Shown one piece after another: positions 26,701 to 38,700 of a stretch of DNA of 64,000 nucleotides. The number at the start of each line of letters is the position of its first letter. The first letter of the stretch is position 1. The notes beneath the pieces were generated by a model. It ran no database searches, was not told the origin of the DNA, and was given only the letters and a program-made list of their open reading frames with translations. Made by a program: the position numbers and the translations under genes. Location of the stretch: positions 868,001-932,000 of the forward strand of contig NC_058383.1 of assembly GCF_018350175.1 (NCBI RefSeq), written 5' to 3'. The DNA is from Felis catus (lineage: Eukaryota).

Positions 26701-29700
26701 GAGCTCATGTGTGCACACACATGTAAGTGGGCAGATGTGGGTGTGCACACGTGTGCGAGTGGGCAGGTGCGGGGGCTGTGAAGGGGCACCTGGGGCCCTG
26801 GGGTCCCCCGTTCCCACCCAGACTCTCGCTGCCCCAGGGCAGCCGGCCCCGCCCCCTCCCGCCCGTCTGGGGAGACGAGGGCTGCCCTATGGCGAGACCC
26901 GAGAGGGACACAGGCGGCCGGGAGGCTGGGCAGTTGAGCACGGGGACAAGAAGCACCAGATCTGGCAGCCACGGGCCTCGCTACTTTCCCAACCTAACAG
27001 CCTAGCTCGCGGCACCCCCGTCCCCACGGCGCCCACGGGGTGCTGAGCCGAGGTCTAGCAGAGGAAGTGCGGGCCGGGGCGGCAGGCTGCTTCTAAGCGG
27101 CGCCCAGAATAGAGAAGTTTCAGGAGAACAGCCACGTCATCCCGAGGGCCCTGCGGCCCCCAGGCCGACCGTCTGAGGGGCGGGGCCTCCGAGCCCTCCC
27201 TCCTGGTCCCCACAGGTGCTTATGGGGTGGGGGTGGCTGGTGCAGGATGGGGGTCCCGGTGGGTCTGGGGCGGTGCGGGACGGGGAGGTGACCCCAGGCA
27301 CAGACACAGGCTCCTGGCCGGCGCTCTGAGACCACCAGGAGCCCCGGCCCCCCCACCTCCTGTCTATCCCGGGGTCGCCGACCCAGAGGCTCCCGCGAAG
27401 GGCGCGGCCCAGGGAGCCCGAGGCCTCAGAGCCTCGGCTCTGGGAGCCTCGCCACCCCCGCCCCCCCCAGAAGAGCTGTGAGCAGAGGCGCGGAGCAGAC
27501 AGGCACACCCGTCCTCCCACACGTCCCCTCCATCCATTCCCCCCACCCCACCACCCCCGGGGCCCTTCTGCCAGCTCCGCCCACAGGCCGCCACCCCGGA
27601 AACCAGAACATCACCAGCTTTCTGCTTGGAACCCACAGGGGACTTTTCCCCACCTCTCCGGGCTCCTCCCCACGCCCGGCCCGCCCCATCCCTCCCGCAC
27701 CTCAGGGCAAATGTCACCCTCGCAGGCCCCCCGAACACCAGCTCGAGGGACCCCCGCACGTCCCCATCATAACGCCCTCTGGGTTCTTCCCGGCATCTGC
27801 CGGTCCCGACACTTAGTTCCTTCCCTGTTTCTCATGTGCTGTCGGGGCCGCTGCGCGTGGACGGGTGCCACGAGCCCCCTCCCAGCAGCCCGCCGCACCC
27901 ACACTGGGTACCCAGATGCCTACGCTGCCCCCACAGCCACGAGCTCCCTTCCGCTGCTCCAGGGTGACGGCTTGGGGGACGCCAGGGCACAGGCCACCAC
28001 CCCTGCCGCCCTGAGCACTGACCTGGGGATGAGGCTTGGCTGCGGCCAGAGGCCAGGCCTCCAACGTGCCGGGACCGTGGAGCAGGCAGGCCGGGCACGT
28101 CGGGGGCCCCGGGAGTGGGCCGCGGGGAGCTCGGGTGGGGGGAAGGCCACGTGCCCCGGCTCTGTGCCTCCCCGGGGCCCGGGGGGGCAGAAGGAAACCC
28201 CGGGCGGGGGTCGGAGAGCCACAGACCCACCTCCGGCCCAAGGGCTCTTGGCAGCACGCGGATAGAAGACCGCCACACGCGACCCAAGCCTTCACAGGAA
28301 CGCGGGGACGTGGACAACACGCAGAGAACCAGCGCGGGGTCCCCGGCTCTGCACGAACCCACCTCTACCTCTGCCCGCTATTCTCAGAATACCCTCTCCC
28401 TGCATTCTGGTGTCATTCTCGAGAAACCACCCGGCTGCTGCGAGGGGCACATGGAAGTCCCGCCCCCGGTCTGCCCCCCGCCAGGCCCCCGCCCCACACA
28501 CCCCTGTGCCGTGGGCACAGCCCACCCTTGGCGGCCCTCCTGGAGGCACCCACCCTCCCTGGGCCCCAGGAGCCACTCCCTCTTTTTGAAAATGCTGCCC
28601 CACCAGGAAATGAGGAACTCGTCCGGCAGGAGAGAACGTGAGCAGGGAAGATCCACGCGGGCCGCGGACTCGGCCACCAGCCGGGCTGGGTCCCCTGGCG
28701 TTGCTGCCCGGCCGGAGGGGCCCGCCCAGCAGCGGAAAATCACACCAGGGCAGGGCGGCGGGCTTTCTCCCACAGCCACGGCTCCCTCCCGCATTCGTAC
28801 TCAGGAGAGACGTGGGCCCCCGCCCGCCTGACCTGCCCCACTGGCCGCTCACCAGGGAGGACCCCGTGGCCCCGTCACACGCGCCGCAGAGCTGAGCAGA
28901 CCCCCCCGGAGCCAGACGGCCCGGGTCCCCCTCCCTTCCCACCCTTCTCAGCTGGGCGTCCCAAGGCAAGTCACTGACCTGCTCTGGGTCTGTTGCTGGC
29001 CTGCAAAATGGGCACGTAGAGCATTCAGGTGCAACAGCCGGGCGCGGAGTGCTCGGTTAAGGGCACTTGTCGTGCAGCGGCACATGCGTCCAGGCCACGC
29101 TGCCTGTCCCAGGGATTACTAACGGCTCCTCCGTTCACCCTCAGGTATGTCCCGGTTCGGATGGTAATTTCCTCGGCCCCCGGGACGAGGGTCTGCGGCA
29201 GAAACCATTGGGGCTCGGCAGCATCTGTTCCTCCAGCTCCCCGGGGTCGGAGCTCCCTTCCCAATCTCCTGGAAGTTCGGCGTGGCTGGGGTTCTGGCCC
29301 GGGGAACGTGATCAGATGGACCCGTGTCCCTCTGGGCCTGGCTGACAGCCACCACCCACCCATGGTGCTCATGTCTCCATCCTTGGCTGGTGTGTGTGTG
29401 GGGGTGGGGGAGGGGTGGAGGCCATAGCGGGAGGAGCCTGGGCCCCCAAGGCACTGTCTGCAGCAGAGAGACCCGGGAGAGCTGGGAACGGGCACCCCCG
29501 CAAAGCTCTGTGTTACAGGCAAATGACAAATGACAAGTCTGGTCTCTGAGATGCGGGGTGTCTGTTACGGCCGCTGGCCTTCCTGACGAACTGTCTCCCC
29601 ATTCATTGGGGCCCCCAGGACCCAGCACAGAACCTGGTCAAAACCAGGGGCCCAAGAGTTCATGATGGATGAGCCACCCAACAGCCCTACGCGCAGTCCC

Positions 29701-32700
29701 ACTTCCAAGAGAGAGTCAAGGCCTCGTCCCCCACCTCACCGGCCCACGTCCGCCGAGGATGCGCGGGCAGGCAGGGAGCGTGCAGAGCACAGGGGCTTCG
29801 CGGGGAAGAAGGGAGCTACAGCGGGGCCCACGGCTTGCAGTGAAATGCTGTCCCGGAGAACGAGTGGCGAGGACCGGCGCAGGTCCCAGGAAGGGGAGAG
29901 TCCCAGCTCACCGCTCGGCTCTGCCTTCCCCAGAGACCTTCACGGAGCTGCTCCGTCAACGGCTGCGCACAGAGTACCCGGCAGGTACAGAGTCTCGGGT
30001 GAGCAGCACCCCTTCCGGGCCTCACCCTCCTCATCTGTAAGATGGGACAGTAACAGACACCTGCAAAACGGGCCCAACTGGGAGAATCACCGGGGTGCAG
30101 GAGAGACCCCCACTTTTCACCACCCGGGGACGTCTGCTCTGAGAGTGGACCTCTAGCCCAGGCCTCCCTCCTCACGGCCTTCATCCACTTGTGTGTACAT
30201 TCTGAGACTGGCTGAACAAAGACCACCAGATGCCCCTGCCCGGCCATCCTTCTACGCAGTGTCCCAGCCTGGAACATCTGTTCGCGGAACACTTTGGCGG
30301 GGGTTAGCAAGCTGCGGCCCTCGGGCCCAGTGTTTTGTAAATAAAGTTTTATTGGCACGCGGCCACGTCGATCATTTAGTCTATGGGTCCTTCTGCAATA
30401 ACCCAGCAGAGTTGAGTGGTCGTGACAGAGAAGGTGTGGCCAGCAGAGCCCGAAAAGTTTCCTATCTGGCCCTTTAAGAAAACATTTGCTGCCTGGCTCA
30501 GCAGAAGAATACCGACTCTCGATCTCGGGGTCGTGAGTTCGAGCCCCATGTTGGATGTAGAGGTTAAGACACAAAAAGAAAAGAAAAAGAAAACGTTGGC
30601 CAAGCCCCGCATTAGAGGGAAAAGGGGTGAGACACAGACGTGAGCCCAGGGAGGACCTGTGATCGGAGGGGTGCTTCCCGTCACTGCTAACAATCATCTC
30701 TGACAACAAGGCTTCTGGGTTTAAGGAGCGGCTACAGATGGGCCCGACATCTCACGACTGACGTGAGGACCCACTGGTACACAACTTAAGGCTGCCTGCA
30801 AGCCTGCCCGTCTGGTACCTGTGGGGGGACACGCCCCGTGTGCACGCCCGCACACAGGAGGGCTCCGTCCAAGGGGGGCTCAAGGAAGTCTGACTCTAAG
30901 AAATGGAGACACTAAGCCTTTCGCAGAGGAATAAAGACAGAAACCGGGGCGCCTGGCTGGCTCGGTCAGCACAGCATCTGACTCTTGGTCTCAGGGTCAT
31001 GAACTCGAGCCCTACGTTGGGTACAGAGATGAAAAAAAACCAAAAGACAAAATCCGGTACATCACGTGTGTTAGAGGCTATCGCTGGAGGAACAGGAGGT
31101 CTGTCGTACCTTTTGAGAAAGCGTTGGTGACGAAATGCCATTACGCATCCACCAGAAAAGCTACAATGTAGAAGACTGGACCCCCGTGTGACGAGGGTGC
31201 AGGGAGGCTGGTACCCTCATACGTCACCCGCAGGAGGATACGTGGCTTCAACTCACTTTGGAAAACGGTTTGGCTGCTGCTCACAGAAGTCAACTTCTGT
31301 CCCCCGTAAACCAGCATTCCTACTCCCAGGTGCTCACCAAGGCGAAAGGCAGACACGTCCACAGGAAGATGGTCACGCCCAGTAACAGAGACAGGACACA
31401 GACCACGCCTCCGGGGATTTATGCCAGGAATGAAGAGCTGCCTTCGCATCTGGAAATCGGTCAACGTAATTCGCCATGTTCACAGGTTAAAAATTCACAG
31501 GACTGTCTCGTAGATCCGGAAAAACCACGTGACAAAATGTAACATCCCGATCAAAATTCTCAGCAAACTAGGAACGGAGGGGATCTTTCCTAACTCGGTA
31601 CACAAGCTTCTATGAAACACCTACAGCTGACATCATACCTAACGGAAGAAGACTGAATGTTTCCCCCTAAAACCAGGACCACGACGGGAAGGTCTGTTCT
31701 AATCGCTTCTAATTAAAACCTGAACTGGAGATTCTAGTCAGTGCGATAAGGCAGTGACAAAAGAAAAGACTTCCAGGTTGGAAAGAAAGAAACAAAACCT
31801 CTTTCATTCACACACAACATGATTATCAGTGTAGAAAATCTGATGGATTCCACAAAAACACTACTATAACTAGTAAAGTTGCAAGACTGGGGCGCCTGGG
31901 GGGCTCCGTCGGTTAAGCGTCCGACTTCAGCTCAGGTCGTGATCTCACGGTTTGTGGGTTTGAGCCCCACGTCAGGCTCTGTGCTGACAGCTCAGAGTCT
32001 GGAGCTGCTTCAGATTCTGTGCCTCTCTCTCTCTCTCTCTCTGTCCCTCCCCTGCTCACCCTGTCTCTCTCTCTCTAAAATAAATGTTAAAAAATATATA
32101 AATAAAGCTGCAAGATATAAAATATACAAAAATCAATTATATTTGTATATATCAGTAATAAGCAGCCGGAAACTGAACGCTTAAAAACACCATCTACGGG
32201 GCACCTGGCTGACTCAGTTGAAAGAGCATGTGACTTGACCTCAGGTCATGAGTTGGAGCCCCATGTTGGGTGCAGAGATTAAATAAACTTAAAAAAAATA
32301 AAAATACCGTTTACATTCTAGAGATTGTTGTACAACGTGAATGTGTTTTTAATTTTTTACTTTATTTTAAATGTTTATTTTTGAGAGAAACAGAGAGATG
32401 TGAGTGGGAGGGGCAGGGAGAGGGACACAGAGGGTCTGAAGCTGGCTCGAGTCCGAGCCGTCAGCACAGAGCCCAACGCGGGGCTCGAACTCACGAACCG
32501 TGAGATCGCGACCCGAGCCGAAGTCGGACGCTCAACCGACTGAGCCACCTGGGCGCCCCGACAATGTGAATATTTTAAATGCAACTGAACTATACTTAAA
32601 GAGGGTAGGGGCATCTGGGTGGCTCAGTCAGTTGAGCGCCTGACTTCGGCTCGGGTCGCGATCTCACGGTTCGTGAGTTCGAGCCCCACGTTGGGCTCTG

Positions 32701-35700
32701 TGCTGACAGCTTGGAGCCTGGAGCCCTTGGATTCTAGGTCTCCCTCTCTCTCTGCCCCCCTCCTCCCTGCTCGTGCTCTGTCTCTCAAAAATGAATAAAC
32801 ATTTAAAATAATTTTTAAAAAGGAGGGTACAACAGTAAGTTTTATGTTTATGTGTTTTTACTACAATGAAAAGTTAAAAACACTGTTACAGAAGCATTGA
32901 AAAAAATCAAATACCTACAGGTAAAATGACAAAAGATATGCAAAACAGCACATTGGACACCACAAAGTGTTGCTGGGATAAATCACAGACCGCCTAAATA
33001 TGTACGCAGAGATACAGTTTTCCTGGGTTGAAAGACTCAATATCGTGAAGATGAAAATTCTCTCTAAACTAACCTAGAGACTCAATGATCCCAATCAGAG
33101 TTCCAGCAGGATTTTAAAATACATATTCACAACCCGATTCTAAAATTCACGTGCAACTACAGGGGACGTAGAGTAGCCAAAACAACCTGGAAAAGGGACA
33201 AACGCTGCTTGGTTTCAGTGGGACAGAATAGAGACCCAGAAACAGTCCACACGCATTGCTGACAAAGGCGTAAAGGCAATTCAGGGGAGAGAGAAGAACC
33301 TTTCAGCACACAGCGCCGGAACAGTTGGAAAACATCTGCAAAAATATTAAGCTGGCATCCACACCCCCTGCCACGTACGAAAAGTCACTCGCGACGCACC
33401 GCGGTGCCAACGGTAAGACCCAGAGCCCAGGAACTTGCCAAAGAAAAGGAGAGAGGCCTTCGGGGCCTTGGGTTAGGCAAAGGTTGTTAGCCACAGAAAA
33501 CTGAAAAATTAAACAAGTTAAGCTTCATCAGAATGTTTGGAAAGATCTGCTCTTTGATTTTTTTTTTAACGTTTATTTATTTTTGAGAGAGAGAGAGAGA
33601 GCATGAACAGGGGAGGGGCAGAGAGAGAGAGAGAGACACAGAATCTGAAACGGGCTCCAGTCTCTGAGCGGTCAGCACAGAGCCCGACGCGGGGCTCGAA
33701 CTCATGGACCGCGAGATCATGACCTGAGCCGAAGTCGGACGCTTAACCGACGGAGCCGCCCAGGCGCCCCAAGAAAGATCTGCCCTTTGAAAGACACCAG
33801 TTGAGGCCGGCCGTACCGGGGACGTTTTGCAGATCGTGTACCTGACGAAGGACTTGCGTCCAAAGTACATAAAGAACTGTTCGAACTCAGAAGAAAAGAA
33901 CTCCATCAGAGAGAGAGGCAGAGGGAATCGACCCAGCAGAGGCGACGTGCGGGCGGTACCTGGCACGGGTAGTGCCTGGCTGGCCATCCGGGAAGCGGGA
34001 CGGGCGCGGGAGCTCTGGGGCCAGGTCAGCCCGCCCTCCAGCCTCTCCTCCCAGCATCCCGGCACTCTTAGAGGGGGTGCGCTTTCTTGTGTGTAACTCA
34101 CGCCTCGGTAAAGGTGAATTTAAGAAAGCGGAGGTGTGTCTAGACCCCAGCCCTACCCCAGACACCGGAGAAGCAGCGAAATCAGGGCCTCTCACCCCGG
34201 TGCGCCCTGCTCTGTGGGGCAGGCAGGGACCTGCTGGATGTGGGCCCATCCAGCGGCCTGACCTTGGAGCAGGAAGCAGGAAGGTGCTGGCCATCTCGTC
34301 CACCTGGGGTAGGGGCACTAACGCCCATCACACTCGCTTGGGGCTAAAGATCAAGTACGTTGTCCCACCTGGTCCCGTAGCTCTGCCCATCCTACTAGTA
34401 GTCTGCTTCTACAGAACAAGGCATATAAAGCCCAGAGAGGGTCACACACTCGCCTGAGGTCACACAGCGGCAGAGCTGGACCAGGCTGGCACCTGTCCCA
34501 GAGCCCGCCCGGACCCTGTTCAGCACAGGCAGGTGGCAGGAGCGTGGGAAGCGGCACGGGCTGTGGGACCAGGCAGGGGAGGGGGAAAGAGGTCCTGGGG
34601 GCGGGGGTGGCCTCCCAGGGGGCCGTGTGGCAGGTCCACAGGGACACAGGGGGGTGGGCACAGTGGCCCCGCCTCCAGGCAGGGCTCCCAGCACCCGTGG
34701 AAACCCACTAGAGGAGTGACTTCACATTCGGGTCCGACCCTTCCAGGGGCAGGAGGGGGAGGTGCGGGGACCCCGGGCCTCTCTGAACACCCTCACGTCA
34801 CGATGGGCGCAGGGGCTCGCGGCCTCCCCCGGGTCCTAAACCTCAGGCCCGGAGAAGCAAGACGACCGGTGACAGGCACAGGCTGGGCACAGCTGGGATC
34901 CCACCCAGCGAGGCCCGCCCGTCCGCCATCCCTGGAGGTGACGGACTGCCCACCACCCCTCCGGCCTCCCCTCCCGGGGCGGGGGAGTGTGGAAGAGGAG
35001 TCCAGCCTCCGCATATGCCTTCGCCTCACAAACCTGTAACAGACGGGACAGAGGCTCCCCGCCTGGGGAGCCCTCACCGCACCCACAGATAAGCTCTGCG
35101 TTGAACCAAGGCCAAGGCCGCCAGGAGAAGCGCCGGCAGGAGGCGGGACTGGGCTGGACCGCTGGGGAGAAGGAAGCAGAAGCCTGGGGCCCATCTTCCA
35201 GGCCGGCAGGGTCTGGAGCGGGGCTTGATCCAGCAAGAGGGGTACTTTGACCCAAGGTGCAGAGTGCGGTCCCCCCCCAAGCCTCAGGCTAATGATTCCA
35301 CAGCACTGTGTGGGGGTGCCGTCTGCCTAGCGAAGATCCTGCCCAAATGTCCCCTCTGTGGTCACACAGGACGGTGGCTGAGTGCCACTCGGAGGCCGGC
35401 CAGCCCGCCTGTGTGAGGGGCCTGCGCACAGTAGGCTCACAGCAGCCCCAGCGAGCGCACCACCAGGGTTGAGAGCCTGTAATCCCAAAGATGAGGCATG
35501 GGGCACCTGCCTCCCCCTGGGGCCAGCCGGGGACATGGTCCTGCTGTCCTCGGACTCAGTGACCCCAGAGGGCCCTGTCCAAGCAACACACACCTGAAAC
35601 GTCAGCCCTGGGCCTGGGGCCTGGGAAGGCAAGAGCCCTTACTTTAGGGGCGCCTCGGTGGCCCAGTCGGTTAAGCGTCCGACTTCGGCCCAGGTCACGA

Positions 35701-38700
35701 TCTCATGGTTCGTGGGTTTGAGCCCCACGTTGGGCTCTGTGCGGACAGCTCAGAGCCTGAAGCCTGCTTCCGATTCTGTGCCTCCCTCTCTCTCTGCCCC
35801 ACCCTGCTCATGCTGTGTCTCTCAAAATAAATAAACATTAAAGAAAATTAAAACAGAAAAGACCCTGAACTCAAAAAGTTAAAAACAAACAAAAGCCCTT
35901 ATTTTAAAGAAGGATCCTGACTCTGGAAAGAGAGTTCTGGAAGTGATTCTGAGCAGCCCTGTAAGACTCCTGGGCTCCAGCAGAGGGACCCTCCCCCCTC
36001 CCACCGCCGCGTGCCCCTGAAACCACCACAACAGAGGGCAGAGGGCCAGTGCCCAACAGACTGGCCCTCTGCTGGTGCCCACGTCTTACCAGGACCAGCG
36101 CCCCCACAGGAGTCAGGTTAGGGGAGTAACTCCTCGCCAAGTGCTCCTGCTTCTCCTGGAGCCAGAGACTCCCTGGGCTCCCAGCCCCTCCCTCCTCCCT
36201 GAGAAAGCCCCTGGGCAGACTCTCAGGAGGTCACCCTCACCTCCAGAGTGGGGCCTCCAGAGTGGGGCCTGTGTGCGCGTGCACGGAGGACAGGAGCAGC
36301 TGGATGAAGGCTGGCGGGAGGTCCCCAAGGGAAGAAGGATGGGGCTGATGCTTTAGTTCTCCAAGTGGCAGGGCTGGGCCTGTGGGCTTCCTTCTCAGGC
36401 TGTTGGAGCACAGCCAGATCTGCCCATCTGAGCACACGCCCCCCCCCCCATCAGGTCTGCCCACCTGTGCACATGCACCCCCCCCCCCCGCCAATATGAG
36501 AGCCAGGCACCAGGGGTAGGATGTCCACACGTCACGCTCCTAAGCTCAGAGCCCCTCCGGGGGGGTGGGCAGGGGTATCCCAGCAGCAGAACCCCCTGAC
36601 CCCAGGCAGGAGGGTCCCACACCCTATTCCCAGGCTCTGCTCTGGCTGCACCCCCTCCCCAGAACCAGACACACAGCTGCCCAGAGCCTGCCCTGCTCCT
36701 CTCTTCGGGCACCAGGGATCAGGACTTCCTTGCCCAGGGGTCTGGAGTGAGCCTCCAGCACCTGTGGGGACAGAGGGGGACACGGGGGGGGGGCAGAGGG
36801 GGACACCGGGGGGGCAGAGGGGGACACAGGAGGCTAGAGGGGGACACGGGGGCAGAGGAGGGCTAAGGGGAGGCAGGGAGGAACAGAAGGCAGCAGAGGG
36901 GGGCATAAGGGGCAAGGGGAACAGAGGGGGGCAGGGGGGACAGAGCAGGGGTGGGGGGTAGAGGGGGTAGGGGGGCAGGGGGGGCAGAGGGGGGACAGAA
37001 GGCAGCAGAGGGGGCAGAGGGGGACACGAGGGGAGCAAAGGAGGGCAAAGGGGAGGCAGATGGGGACAGAGGGGGGCCAGAGGGCAGAGGTGGGCAGAGG
37101 GGAGGCAGGAGGGTCAGAGCAGGGGTGAGGGGTAGAGGGGGTATGGGGGCAGGGGGGGCAGAGGGGGGACAAGAGGCAGCAGAGGGGGCAGAGGGGGACA
37201 CGGGGGGAGCAAAGGAGGGCAAAAGGGAGGCAGGTGGGGACAGAGGGGGGCCAGAGGGCAGAGGTGGGCAGAGGGGAGGCAGGGTGGGGCAGAGGGGCGC
37301 AGAGGGGCGATGGGCCTGAGCCTGCAGTTCTACCCCTGTCCCCAAACCCACGACATCAGGGCTGCCGGCACATCAGGCCAGGGCCTCGCCCTCTGGGGTG
37401 ACATTGCCCATCAACCCCAGGCTGCCAGCTTCTTCCTGACTCCCCCGGCGACCCCCTCCCCCGCTCCCCCCATCCCGTGCCTTCCGGGATGTCACTGCCC
37501 TCCATCTACCTCTGCTCTGCATTCTCCCAGGGTTTGGAGGTGACTCAGCCCCTCACCATTTCCTGGAGCAGAAGGGAGGCACCTGGGCAGGTGAGACACA
37601 TCCTGGGGCTGAGCCGGACTGAGCCGGTATCGTCTGGAACCGTGGTCTGGCACAGCCCGGTGGCCGGGGCCCCAGAGGACGTCGCCCCTCCCACGCCGAG
37701 GCCCAGGACTGAGGGGGGCTGAGGTCCAGACATACAGTGGGCCCGGGGAGGGGGGAGGGCACAGGCAGTCTGCTGTTTGTTTATCCCGTGCCCCCCCCCA
37801 CCCCCCGCAGAAGCCAAGCTCCGGGGGGGGGCACTTTTGCCGCCACCAAGGAGGGGCCATCCACACAGTGGCGCTTAGCGGCCCTGTGGCACCTGGAGGA
37901 GGGAGGCTCCCACATTGCCCTTGCTCCCCCCGGGCGGAGGACCCGGCCTCCCCTCCCGACCCTCCCCTCCGGCCCACCTGGCCCAGGGGCCTCCTCCTGG
38001 CACGTTCCCTTCCCCCTCCTGGCCCCACGGTACCTTCCGGCCTCCACCCCCGCGTTCACCGAAGCCGCGTCGCAGACACCGCTGGCCTCCGAGGTGCCGA
38101 CCCGAGCCCTTCGGGGACGGGGCAGCGCGCGGCCGGCCTGCGCACCCCCGGTGGTCTTCCCGCCCACCGCCAGCTCCCCAGCTCTCCGTGGCGCCCCGTC
38201 TGGTCCCCCGGCTATAAACACCCAACCGTGGAGCTGAATGGAGGCCGCACGGCCCTGGAAATACGACAGACGCCACAGAACTGTTGGCTTTCACTGGTCG
38301 ATTCCGTTTGTGTGACTTTCCCCTCGGCAAAGAAAAACGCGAAACGGAAAAAGGCGCACACCGTCGGCTATTTTCTACCTGGGTTCTACCTCCGGCCGCT
38401 TCTCCAGAACGCTCCTCAGCCCCGAGCTCGTGTCTCCCGGGCTCGAGGCCCCCGGTCTGTGGCGACCTCTCAACCCCAACGCCAGCTCCTGGTCTCCACC
38501 CCACTCCCTTCAGCCTCGGCCAAAAACTGCAGTGGCCTCGCCTCTCCCTGTCCGGCACCCCAGGTCGCAGCACACGCTGTTCCCCGAACTTCAGAACATG
38601 CGCAGAATCTGACCGCTTCCCGCGGCGTCACCTCTTGTCCGAACGACTCCAAAGTCCCCCCACGGTCTCCCGGCGTCCACCCCACCTCTGTCGGCCGGGG

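Noticed and set aside
38211..38218. TATA-like gctataaa in a CpG-rich intronic block as an antisense promoter
   Set aside because: Sits at the start of what looks like a GC-shifted L1 3'-end remnant; no further promoter evidence from sequence alone.
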